Positions 1-12,224 of a stretch of 64,000 nt of DNA are shown here, piece after piece. Each line of letters starts with the position of its first letter. Position 1 is the stretch's first letter. Below the pieces are notes generated by a model, which worked only from the letters and a program-made list of their open reading frames with translations, searched no databases and was not told where the DNA came from. The DNA comes from Octopus sinensis (Eukaryota), in NCBI RefSeq assembly GCF_006345805.1, contig NW_021832381.1:62001-126000 (forward strand). The letters run 5' to 3'. Both the position numbers and the translations under genes were made by a program.

Positions 1-825
1 GGAAAACACGCAACGCGCCTAGTCGCTGCATTGCACACATTTTTGTACGTACAATGTGATCGGCAAACTCACCGGAAGGCTTGAAGAGAACCCCCAAATA
101 AGTCATCCGATTGCTGACCCGTTCAGCAATAACCTAGGGACGTAATTAGTATAACCCCTCGTCCTTTTACAGACTTTGAAAACTTCGCACTTGTCCGAAC
201 GCATCTTTAGATCCCTACTCCCACACTAGTTTACAAGTCTATCCACAGCAACCTGTAGCCTACGACACGCACACTCAGGTTTCATCGAGTGATCCCAGAG
301 GATGATGTCGTCTGCATAGATCACCATTTCAGTACGAGCGTTGACTGGCATGGGCGCAGAAGCCATAAAAATATTAAAAAGCGTGGGACTCAGCACAGAA
401 TCCTGAGGGACCCCGCGAAGGACTGTTGTGACTTTAGAAAAGACCCCCTGATGTCGCATAACCTGTCCGCGAGATTCAAGGAACCCCGACAGCCAGCGAC
501 CAAGCTCTATGTGTTTGGCTATGTGCTTGGCATTCAGGTTCCAAATAATTATCGCCTTCGGATGCTTTCCAAAGAACTCCCGTACGTGCCAGGAACACGC
601 CGTAAAGTTCTTCGAATACATCGCCCCTAGGTAAAATGTAAAGTTACCTTTGCGAATCCTCACTTGAAGGAATTCGCGGCGTAGCGGATTTTGTCGGCGA
701 AGGTGGTACCGACCCGCTCGCAATGTGGCTTGCAGGCTTCACAGGCCTCGGCATCCAAGCGGACTTGGGAGGTTTGGACTGCTTTGCCCGCTTGCCAGGT
801 TGTGACGCAGGGGCTGCGACTTCTC
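1..825 (-). mobile_element. Internally deleted APE-type LINE copy (same family as 60860-64000)
   Basis: Minus strand reads ORF1 C-terminal piece, then EN piece (EFLQVRIRKGNFTFYLGAMYSKNF..WNLNAKH), then RT piece (RGVPQDSVLSPTLFN..YADD). Highly similar to the reverse complement of 62113-62278 and 63697-64000, with two internal deletions; runs off the window start. Confidence 0.9.
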
Positions 826-2010
826 TTTTTTCTACAGAAAGCTTTGTATTAAAAAAAGTAGAAACTAAATATGGAATTCTTTCTAACCAAAGATTGTTTC
901 TCAAATTTGTGTAAATTGGAAAATTTTAATTCTCGAAAAAGACAAGCTCGCTGCTTAATTCGAACAAGCGTTACAATACCCTTTCACGTGAAAAACATCT
1001 TCACCATATAAAGTAATGATGTATGATTGCATCCCCTTTCATCGCACAATATTTTAAATAGACAAGATCGAAGAGGTCTTTTTTACATAATTAATAATTT
1101 TGACAGCATCTTCCAAAACTTGACGCAAAGAAAATGAAATATTCTCCGATGTCAGAGCATTGCCGTGAAGACTGCAATGACTACAAGTACAATTTAGAAC
1201 CATTTTCTTTATCCTTGGTACAACTCCAAAAAATTTGTAATAAATTTCGCAGAATCCAGGTTGTTACTATCTAGACAGCATAGAAAATCGCAATCTCAAG
1301 AAGAGCTTGGAGGTGTCTAACAGACAAAATTTTCCAGAGTGTGGCACGAGCGACGAGAGAATTATGAATCTTTTATTTGGTGGATGTGCTAATAATAAGA
1401 GCTATTAGCGACAAATCGATTTAATCACAAATTAAAAATGGCAAACTAAATATCTTTTATAAAATACATGGATTTCCATGTAGAACTAGTAAACTGCATT
1501 GCACCATTTCTAAATGGATAGTTAAATTCTTTAACTCAATTATCCACGACACCCTATCTGGATAGTTTTAACAAGAAATGAGTTTAAAGGTGCAAAAAGT
1601 CTAAGATTGTGTTATGTCTTTAACAGATTTGTGAAAGTAAACGTAGTAATTATCTATTGAGAGTGGCCTCGGTCGGACTGATTGAACAATAGAGTTTATT
1701 GAAATATTCTGGTTGAAAGGAAGTAGTACTTTTTTAATCAAAGTTACGGATGCTTTTCGTTGTACTAGTATCTGAATTTTCGTGCAAAATTTATTTTAAA
1801 TTTCAACCCGCTGTGACTTAAAAATTGATCATTACGAGATGCAAAGTGCGTACCGACTGCTTGTAAATTTTTATCGAAGCCCTTTTCGATTTTTAAAAGA
1901 AAAGTCTGAAATAACTATTTTGGTAGTCCCAAAATACTAGCCACTTTTTCAGCTTAGCTGATAATAAGAAAAAGACACGGAAACAGTGTTAGTAAGAAAG
2001 AAATAAGAAA

Positions 2011-4150
2011 TTAATATTTCCGAACAAATGGAGGTAAAGTGGGACAATCCTCATACAAGGTATGATCAATAACAGGACGATACCGTAATGATATCTAAAA
2101 TACACAATATAAAACCCACCTCTCCACTATTCTGATTGTAATATGAAAGAGTATGCTTCCTCCAATGATCCTTAAATTCCCTTCGAGATTGGCCTTCAGA
2201 ATCAATAGAATAATCAATTTCATCAATTCTAGTCTAAAGAACTATGATTTAGGTTATTTCTGACAGGAAAGTCTTCTCTAGAATGTGCTCCACGACTTTC
2301 CTTTCTTGCCTCTGCTCCTACTACAGTTTGAAGAGAGCAACACATTAAATTCTCAAGTTCCAATGTCTCAATTAAATCCGTATTCCAAATCAAAGACTTG
2401 TCGACGACCTAAAAATCTCAATTATAAAATAACTCGGATATCATTTTTTAGTTCATCGTGGATAGCCTTCAATTTTGTAATTCCTCCCTGAAGTGTAGGT
2501 CCATCACGAAAAACGGCCGCATGCTCTTGATTTGCCTTTTGCATTTTCAGACGAAGTGTGGCAGCACTACTCGACCCATTAGCATTCAAAAGGTTATCCA
2601 CGTGTTCTATTGAACTTCTTCCTGCATCCTATTAGTAAGAGAAATTAATCGACATCGGGCAAGTTCGAAAAGTTTGAATTAGGTTCCGTGTTTTCTGCTA
2701 TTGTATTTGCACAAGCTCGCCCAAAAACAACTAAATCAAGCAAGGAATTGGCCCCAAGACGGTTGGCTCCGTGAACATTGGCACACGCCCCTTCACCGCA
2801 GGCATAAAGTCCCGGAATAACAACGTCCTGGCCATCGACATGGTCGACGACTTGTCCTTTCCAATTGGTCGGAGTTCCTCCCATGTTGTAGTGGACAGTT
2901 GGGATCACCGGTATCGGGTCTTTGCTCACATCCACTCCAGCAAAAATCATGGCTGTCTCGGAAATGCCAGGCAAACGCTCCTCGATCATCTTTTTATCCA
3001 AATGACTCAACTGAAGATAAACATGATCTTTTTCAGGACCACAACCTCTGCCATAATAATTCTTACCTAAATAAACCTTCCCGCCATAATTTCTAGGGTT
3101 GCCGACCTAGAAACAACATCTCTGGAAGCCAAATCTTTCGCGGTGGGAGCATATTTTGGCATAAATCTTTCTCCCTCAGAGTTAACCAGGAATCCTCCCT
3201 CTCCACGAACTCCTTCAGTGATTAAACATCCAGCCCCATAAATCCCTCTTAATCACTTGAATAGTCCTCACCAGTCGGATGGAACTGAACAAACTCCATG
3301 TCTTGGTTAGGAACTCCTGCCCGAGCTGCGATTCCAAGTCCGTCGCCTGTACATGCGTGGGCTCCCGTGCAGGAAAAATATGATCTTCCATATCCCCTGG
3401 ATTCAATTACAGAGACAGAACCCAGTGGCAAGTACTGTGTTAAGGGAGTTGAATCTATGGAATGTGCCATCTTCGAGATTCATAGCAATCACTCCTCGAC
3501 ATGTCCGCCCGTCCATGAGCAAGTCAAGCGCAAAATATTCAACAAAATATTCAGTATTGTAATATAAAGACTAAATTATAACAAACAAATTGAACTCTGC
3601 CGTAAAGGGTATGGAGCATAGAATGTCCTGTTCTATCGGCCACGGCACAGCATCGATGAGCCTGTCCTCCTTTTCCGAATTTTAAACTTTGGCCTCCAAA
3701 GGCTCGCTGGTAGATTTTCCCGTTTTCGAGTCGGCTGAAGGGCATTCCGTAGTTTTCTAATTCTATGACCACTTTTGGGGCCTCTCTGGTCATGTATGAA
3801 ATCGCGTCCTGGTCACCCAGCCAGTCAGAGCCTTTTACAGTGTCGTAAAAATGCCATCTCCAATCATCCTCTTCCATGTTACTCAAAGCCGCGTTGATGC
3901 CTCCCTGGGCAGCAACCGTATGAGAACGTGTCGGAAAAAGTTTGGTAACACATGCCACTTTGTACCCTTTGCTGGCTAAACCAAAGGCTGCACGAAGCCC
4001 AGAGCCGCCAGCGCCGACAACAACTGCGTCGTATTTGTGGTCAATCACTTTGTATTGGCCAAAGGAAGCGGACAGAGAACGTCGAATGATGCCCTTTAGT
4101 GATAGTTTTAATAGCGACTAAAATTTTTAATAAATTTTACCACAAACCAT
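2011..4150 (-). CDS. SDHA: Succinate dehydrogenase flavoprotein subunit
   Basis: Motifs [21 protein letters not shown] (FAD-His), [22 protein letters not shown] and ESRGAH. Removing nine GT-AG introns of 25-31 nt gives one frame from ATG 4150 to TAA 2011. Confidence 0.97.
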
Positions 4151-4291
4151 CAGCTGTTATTCAGTACTATTCAACTAAAATATAAACAAGGTTTTTTTTA
4201 TTTATTATTTTCAAATTTAATAAAACGTAAATGGAAAAGGTCTTTGACACAAAATCAAGAAAGTTCCTTATTCACATCAAAAATCCATGCC

Positions 4292-4724
4292 CCTTGGCTG
4301 AAGACTAAGCTATGATAATGGATTTGGACGGTCGTGAGTTCGATTCCGAAGGAGGCCAGTTTTCATCCTGGGGCAAATTCTCGTTATCGTTCCCCTGCCC
4401 GTGAGGCAACGAGTACTTCTGGCACGACACAGTTGGAAATGGGGATCTCTTACCTTCCGGGCTTAGCGTGGCGTTACGGGGTCCACCATGTCAGTTGGAA
4501 ATTCCTCCGGATATGGCAACGCTCAGGAGGCACTTAATGCCTACCGAAAAAGGACTCTTAGCTTCTCAGACCCTGGGACATCGTCGTCTCAGGCCGATCT
4601 TGCGGGAAGGATTGAACCTTTCAGAAGGATCTCCCTCGTTTGGATCGGCGATCACGGGAATAACTATAATTAACTGGCTTTGCCCGTGTTTGGTCTTTAA
4701 ATAATAAATAATAATAAATAAATA
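4292..4724 (+). mobile_element. tRNA-derived SINE
   Basis: A-box-like TGGCTGAAG (4294-4302), B-box GTTCGATTCC (4338-4347), (AATA/ATA)n tail, and a perfect 16-bp TSD ATCAAAAATCCATGCC at 4276-4291 and 4725-4740. Confidence 0.85.
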
Positions 4725-4775
4725 ATCAAAAATCCATGCCAATCTCAAGCTGTGACTATAAAATTTCCTCAGTAG

Positions 4776-5200
4776 TTGGAGAGTACATGTTTGTATGGGA
4801 CAGTCGATTTCAAAGTCAAGCCTTCTAAAAAAGGAGTTCCGCAAGGTTCCTTGCTCTTTCCCGCCCTGTTTAACTTCTTCATTGCTGATCGGCTTCTATC
4901 GGGCAATGAAAAAAACATCTTGATTTCCTACACTGACGAAATTGTTGTTGCTTCTAAAGATCGGAACATTCTGGCTGCCTATCAACTTGTCCAGAAAAGT
5001 AGGCGATTTTTTTTAACTTCGGATAAAACAACGCACCTCCCAAAAAACTTCAGAAATTAAAATAGAATGGCAATCAACAGCTAAAGACTCGATTATAGTG
5101 TTGGAATTATTTTTGCGAACAAACAGTCGTTCAAAAAATCGTTGAATTAACCTCTTAAGTGATACCCGAGTGATTAGCAAACATATTAAGGATTTCCTTG
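4776..5200 (+). pseudogene. Degenerate LINE reverse transcriptase fragment
   Basis: KKGVPQGSLLFPALFNFFIAD and a decayed YADD (YTDE), followed by stops. Confidence 0.75.
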
Positions 5201-5439
5201 GCAGTGAAGACTCGTAAGAAATCTTTTTGGGAGAGAGTATAAGTGTAATTTTTGAGTAAAGAAATATAGACCCAGACTAGTCACAGGAAGTCTCATTCAG
5301 AAAAGTCCTTAGTAATGGAGAAAAAATAACTTTCAACCATATTCCGCTTTCCGGAGTTTTCTTTGGTCAGAGATTCGTGTAAAATATAGAAGCTTAGAAA
5401 AAAAGAATCCCTTAAAATAAGAAATTCTGAGATTATGTT

Positions 5440-6000
5440 TTGTATGATATTTCTTCGGGAATTTAAGAAGTTGGACCCTACTATGTCAAAGGATATCCGC
5501 TCAAAAAACCATCGAGCGTCTCCTGTGAATGTAAACATCTGAGAACCGATCTCTTGAACAAAGCTAAATTGTTCTTCCTCCCAACGAACCGGAAGTCTCA
5601 ACCACGAATGGGAGGAATTGGTACCTCTACACAAGTGAAGAGTACTTCTCCATCTTTTTACATTCAGCAGTTGTGGCGATTGATCCAGGGGCGGATGCGG
5701 ATATCACCAGGTTCTGAGGCGATAATGAGTCCACGGATGTGGCCTCCCATGTGAGTGACTTCTCTCTGTTAAAGGCTCTGTTGATAAGGACTAACGGAGT
5801 CAGAAAGTTCCCAATACTTGGCAGTGGAGTGGCATTCAACCAGGCACCGCTGTGGAGACGATAGGCCGTCTTAATGCAGGCCAAACAATGTTGATCGAGG
5901 GATGTGGGGAACGACTTAATACGGGATTGGAAGTGAATTTCGTCCCAATCAAATTGCCTTTGTGGAAGGTCCGGGATTTCAAATCCTAGCGAGTTCCAGT
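5440..6000 (-). mobile_element. CRE-like non-LTR retrotransposon C-terminal (restriction-like endonuclease) fragment
   Basis: SGAWLNATPLPSIG, LTWEATSVDSL, APGSIATTAECKKMEKY and FVQEIGSQM..GDARWFFERIS; frameshifted. Confidence 0.7.
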
Positions 6001-6622
6001 TTAGGGACGCGATAATAACTTAGAGGGTACTTAATGTTCAAAATCAGTTGAGAGAATTGTGCCCATTGATTCCGGTGCGGTTTTCTCCATAAGTTTCGAT
6101 TTGTTCGTGATAATAGTTCTACAATTTGGCTCGAACCACAATCTATCTGCCTAATTGTCTCGCTTTTTTGCGTTTTCGTTGATTTTTTCCCAACCAGATG
6201 CTTTCTTACACAACAATTTTTGTTCCTTACAATAGTTAGTACTAAATTTTAAGAAGAATTTTTGAAAAAACGGAAACATCTAAATGTCAAGGTCTAAATA
6301 TAAGTCAATAGGTCTAAAAAGTAACACGATAAAATGTGCAACGCGAATAGCTCACAACATTAAGATCACTAACGTAAGCGTTTTACGTGAATAGTCAAAT
6401 CAATGATTATTAGCACTCTAAGACATTTTCATACTAATCATATTTTAGAGTTAGTTCATCAATTCTTATTATTAATGTTATAAGTCTAATAGCTGGCCTA
6501 TTTTCTAAGTTAATAAATCATAACATTAAGTATTAAAACCTACAAAGTAAATAGTCCTAAATAAGTAAATAAACAATTAAAAACCAATTAAATGAAATCC
6601 AGAACAACAATTAGTTGGTTAA

Positions 6623-7191
<569 letters not shown>

Positions 7192-7292
7192 CAGGGTAAC
7201 AACAGCAATGCCTGAAATTATAATATTTATTAAAATAATATCACAAAATATTAAAAAAATATTAATCATTACAAAAATTTCATTTAAGTATA
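7192..7292. promoter_or_regulatory. Putative bidirectional promoter
   Basis: 101-bp AT-rich gap between the divergent ATGs of UBE2D (7191) and FDXR (7293); inferred from geometry only. Confidence 0.55.
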
Positions 7293-8729
7293 ATGCTGCG
7301 AGCTCTAACATCTGTACGAGTTGCTGTGATAGGTTCCGGTCCTGCAGGTTTTTTTGCTACCGGAAACATTCTTAAAGTTAAAATATTAATTACTACGTTT
7401 TAAAGTGGGGTAATAATGTATTTGTTGATATGTTTGAAAAAATGCCCGTCCCATATGGCCTTGTTCGCTACGGAGTTGCCCCCGACAACAGCGACGTCCG
7501 GGTATCCTGTTTATTCATTTTTCTTAACAGAACATAATCCAAACATTTGAAAAAACTATGAAAAATTCAAGATTTTCATTTCGTGGGAACGTGGCACTGG
7601 GAAGTGATATTTCCCTTGATGATCTCAGTCTCGCTTATCATGTAGTTATTTTGGCTACAGGTGCAAATAAACCAGCTAAATTGAATTTGACTGAAGTACT
7701 ATTGATTTGCTAGTCAAGTCTAGAGAGAAGTGACAGCTCACGAGGTGATGGGTTTGGTGAATGGACACCCCTCTTCTGACTTAAGCGTATATCAATTCGG
7801 TGTTATTGGCAGTTCTTGAATTCGCTCAAGAATTCTCGAAGTGTCGCGGTTATTGGAGTTGGAAATGCTGCTTTAGATGTAGCACGAGTACTTCTAATGG
7901 GTGGAACTGGCTACTTGGATCAATTCAGCGAACATATTCCTCAAGATGTTATGACTTCTTTAAGCTCACTGAATATCCACTCAGTTAAACTTTTTGCTCG
8001 ACGGCACGCAATCAATTCAGCATTCTCAACACGCGAATTACGTCATTGCACTCGCCTGTTTAAAGTACAAATAGAAAATTTATTTCCTCAATTTGTACCT
8101 TCCAGTTTATATTAAACCGAAAATATATCTGTTAGATCTTTCCCGTGTTGATAGACGGAAGTTTGAATTGATTATGAAATGTGCGGGGGAGGCAGGTAGT
8201 GCATCAAAAAAAATGATAATCTCGTATCTACGCCGTCCTCTTAACTACTCGAAGGGAATATTGACTCTCGGCATTAATGTGTGATCAGTCGTGATTATAA
8301 ATTAGGAAATTTCACAAAATAATTACTCCGAGATAAGAGAATCTGATCGAAAAGAGTACTATGAATGTGATCAAGTAAGAAGAATAGTTCATATTTTATA
8401 ATTAGATAGTCACTAGTTTGGGTTCATATTCTGATATTGAATCAAATGTTGATAATGTGTTTCCTTGTGGGTGGGCACGGACTGGTTCGGCTGGAACAAT
8501 TCACGACACTCTTGTCGATGCGACCTCACTTACAAATGCGCTAAGAACTGAGTTTCCTATTCTCTTTGAACAAAACAAGCCAGGAATTGACTTGCCTGCC
8601 ATTAAACATAAATTAGAGGGATTAAAAATAATTACTCAAACTGGATGGGAGAAAGTGAAAGAATTTGAAAGATTAAACTCAATCAGAGTTCGAGATTACA
8701 ATAAACTTATTGATATTGCTTATTCTTGA
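7293..8729 (+). CDS. FDXR: NADPH:adrenodoxin (ferredoxin) reductase
   Basis: VAVIGSGPAGF, PVPYGLVRYGVAPD, FRGNVALG, VAVIGVGNAALDVAR, FSTRELR and GWARTGSAGTI; seven GT-AG introns of 26-31 nt. Confidence 0.93.
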
Positions 8730-9201
8730 TTGCGTTGGTTTAATTGACTTTTACTGCGTGTTTCACTTTAATTAATCGATGTAGAAATAATGGTTAGTAT
8801 TTCTTTACTATTCAACAAGAAAATTGTCTTGTTGAAGTTTAAACCTTCATGAAAAGAATTAATATAAGTTGACTAAGACCATGATGACTGTTTTTTGACT
8901 GAGACCATGTTGTCAATAGTCATAGATCTGCTAGGCCATCTAATCCGCCGGCAGTTCAAAATAATTTCTGTCTTTTTTTTCTTTATAATGGAGATTAATT
9001 AACACTTTTTGATTAAAAGGAAAAATTTCACCAAATAGAGATTAAAATATTGTCAAACGCGACAAGCATGTGAAAGATAAATTCTTTTAAAATTTAAATC
9101 AGCATTCGTTCAGCAAGACAACGACAGCAAATTGTTAGTTAATTTACATACAAAATAATAAAACCATTTATTGATCAATCAAGTATTAGATAAACATCTC
9201 C

Positions 9202-10372
9202 TCATTCGATTCTTTCATAGAAAAGGAGATAGGCCGCATTCGAGACGACATCTGATGGCAGGCAATTAGAAACACTGCAAATGGCGATTTAATAAAACCT
9301 CGAATCATTCAAAAGAAACCAAATATCCGAACTATTGCAGGATCGACAAAAGGCTGTATAATGGCCAGAATTGAGACTTCCGTAATGATTTATGACTCCA
9401 TACAAGTTATAACGGAGAGTATTATTTCCCTCTTACATTAGAAAAAGTATACAAAACCTACAAATTGAGATAAATCAAGGTTATCTAATTTAAAGTTGAC
9501 TTTATGATTAATTTTCTTGTTCAGGGGAGGGCCCGTAAAACGAAGTAAATCTGAATACAAATTAATTTAAAATTGAACGGAATATGAAGTATTTTGGAGG
9601 GTGTTTTATAATCCATGAAAACTCTGAATCAGTCTTCTTTCCGCACTTTTTACAAAACTGAGAAAATATAACGAAGATATTAAACCGGCAAATTCTCAGC
9701 TGTCATTGTTTCCGGGGACATTTCCTGTTTGAGTAAATCCACAATATCATTACGTTCTCCCGCCTATCAAATGAAAACTGAAAAGAATAAGACCTTGATT
9801 AACGGAATTGTGAACGACCAGATTTCCTCGTTCATCGTAAGAACATTTCCACAGACCATGCACTTCATAAAACGAGTCACTTGTCCAAAGAAGTCCCTAA
9901 ACACTCCGATTGGCGGAGAAAACTCATTTCCATTGGAATGTCCATAATATTCGCACAAGTCTTACCTCTCAGTTTTATCTGACAAGTTCACCAAAAGGGA
10001 GGTCAAAAACTCGTGAGAATCGTGCTGTCTAAACTAAATACACGAAAAAGACCTATAGCCAATAAACTTTCGAAGCTTCATGTTTATTTCCATTTTAAAA
10101 TCTCGCGGACAACAAGGACCTGATGTAGAAGAAGACCACATTTCTTTCACAAGTTCACAAAATGCTAGAGATGAGTAAAATATACTACATTCCTCAAGAG
10201 ATCCGTTAAACTGTATTTCAGACAATTCAGGTCGTAGAAGGCAGTCTTTAGCAACTCTAGGAGTGTTGACCAAACACTGCAGAACGGAGTTCATGTAGCA
10301 CTTAAATTACATCATACATCGATTTACCGTATTACCTAGGTTCACCAATCCGCGGGTGATTTGAGAGCTCAT
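9202..10372 (-). CDS. Ubiquitin-specific protease (USP2/8/21-like), catalytic domain only
   Basis: Cys box GLVNLGNTCYMNSVLQC, QHDSHEF, CxxC zinc-finger pairs, His box HYGSLNSGHYTAF, LLNDS and AYLLFY; short introns. One splice junction (9897/9942-9965) is ambiguous. Confidence 0.9.
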
Positions 10373-10736
10373 TTGTCTTTTCTCGGTCTATTTAATTATT
10401 TGTTTTATTTGTATGCTACGTTAAAAGACTTTGTTGGTATGAATTCGCAATTATTCTATGACGTTAAATGACGTCTTATTACGTTTTCATTTTGGGAAAC
10501 GTTTAATTCTTGGAGAATGTCATAATCGTTTCCGTCATCCATTAAATCGGAGAGAAAATCGCTATGTTTCTAATAATGTACACATAAACAGTAACATACG
10601 GCAACTAATTTCAAATAAATGACTCGCTAGCTTAATATTCCATTTGGTTGTCCAAATGAAAAAATATATTTTACAAAAAACTACAATATATTTATAAAAT
10701 TTAATAAATTCGTTAATCATGAGTGAACTAGTAATT

Positions 10737-11379
10737 CTAATCTTTATTTAAAGTCAGAAATGCATCTTCCTGAATACGATACCCATTCCACATTCCATAT
10801 TTTACTTCTTTCAGTGCCATTAAATACTTTAATCTACCAAAGCATTTCATGTTGTCGTTAATTTCGAGGATATTTGTGTTACCTTAAAAATTACTCTGTA
10901 TTCTAGATACCAGAATAAATATATATATCATGCGTATGACCTAAGCAAGATGAAATATATTCAGGCTTCCATGTTGGCCAAACTGGGATGATACATGCTG
11001 CCATCAAATTTTTTCCTTTTTGGTCTATTTTTTCGAAAATAGAAACGGTGATAAATTGGTCATTCCACGCCTCAGTTCCAATAAAGCCAGTTATTATTAC
11101 AAATTTGTTACCGCGTGGTAGTAAAAATTTAAAATAGTGTAATAGCGGAGTTTCGACATACTGTTCGTAAACGGAATTATCAATTTCTACAAAATTCTGT
11201 CTTCGAACTAAGTAATTCGGATCGGATAATTTTGAATAAACGTAAATTCCTGGTGGATTTGGCCCATGTGTGCGACAAATCTCGAATTTTAAAGAATAAA
11301 TTCCTGATTTAGTAAACGAAATGGTATCTACTCCAAATTCGACTTCCAATAGCGAATTTGAAAGGTTAATTCCAAACAT
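10737..11379 (-). CDS. CCDC33: CCDC33-like protein (N-terminal C2-like domain only)
   Basis: EFGVDTISFTKSGIYSLKF, FKFLLPRG, IIPVWP and DIYIYSGN..CFGRLKY resemble, from recall, the CCDC33 N-terminus (EFEVLSVGFNEAGRYALRL, FIFTLPKG, IFPIYP, DLYRYCGN..CGSLAY). One clear 28-nt GT-AG intron. Confidence 0.55.
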
Positions 11380-11868
11380 TAAATTAAATTTTTTCTATAA
11401 TTATATATAGTGGCGCAAATTTTATTCGCTCATACGCAGAAAAAAAAGACAAGTTAATTCATTAGTACTAATGCTGACCTTTGGATTATATTTTTGTTTC
11501 AAACGGCTTCAACAGTGAAATAAATGAAAAAATTTTGAAGTTTTTACGTTATAATTTTCAATAGTGATAAAATTTCTAAGAAATACTCTAACATTTTGTA
11601 AAAAAAACATTGAAAGTACATATATTTAAATACTCAAATTTTTCCTTTATTGTTCTGTAATTGGAAGCCTCTAAAAGTTGTCATTTAAAATGAATATGTT
11701 TGCTTTTTCTACAAAATAGGAATCTACTTAACAAGACACTTTCAAAAGAAATGGATTTTGACTTTTAGTTTACTATGAGAAAAAGTCGGTCATGAAACAA
11801 CAAAGTCAATTCTCGATAATTACTACGTTAGGCTCGAAAGGAAGCTCAGTACTTAGCTAGGCCACACA

Positions 11869-12106
11869 TTTATTAATAAAAAAATTAATCAACTAATTAA
11901 TTGCCTAACTAAGTTTTGAGCCTTCGAAGTGAACAAGGGGTCCCACTCCACACATTTCCTCCTCTTCTTCATCTTCTCTGGTTCTGTAGATTTTTGAGAA
12001 GGTGCAGTCCAGCGTCTTTCGTTAATTAAATGTCATAAAAAAACTGGATTGAAGAGCATCGAACGAGATACTCTCCAGAGTCCTCTTAAAAACAGTTGAC
12101 TGCATA
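11869..12106 (-). mobile_element. LINE 3' end interrupted by Helitron 1
   Basis: Similar to 57848-57962 plus 58630-58775; AATAAA at the 3' end; continues briefly beyond the Helitron at 14652. Confidence 0.6.
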
Positions 12107-12127
12107 TCTTAATAATAAAATGGTATG

Positions 12128-12196
12128 GTGTGTGTCTGTCTGTCTGTCTGTCTGTGTGTCTGTCTGTGTGTCTGTCTGTCTGTCTGTCTGTGTGTG
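12128..12196 (+). repeat. (GTCT)n/(GT)n microsatellite near the Helitron 5' end
   Basis: Visible directly; mirrored at about 48896-48945 in copy 2. Confidence 0.95.
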
Positions 12197-12224
12197 CACA
12201 CCAACTTCAAATTGGCAATACGAT

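Noticed and set aside
2011-4150. Non-standard genetic code (stop read-through, as in ciliates with tiny introns)
   Set aside because: All in-frame stops fall within removable GT-AG introns, and genes in the window end in TAA, TAG and TGA.
4292-4365. Functional tRNA gene
   Set aside because: It has A/B boxes but no convincing cloverleaf, and it continues into a SINE body with tail and TSD.
8870-8990. C/D snoRNA or snRNA (ATGATGA..CTGA, U-tract)
   Set aside because: Box spacing is too short, there is no terminal stem and no recognisable guide; it may be just an imperfect 18-bp duplication.
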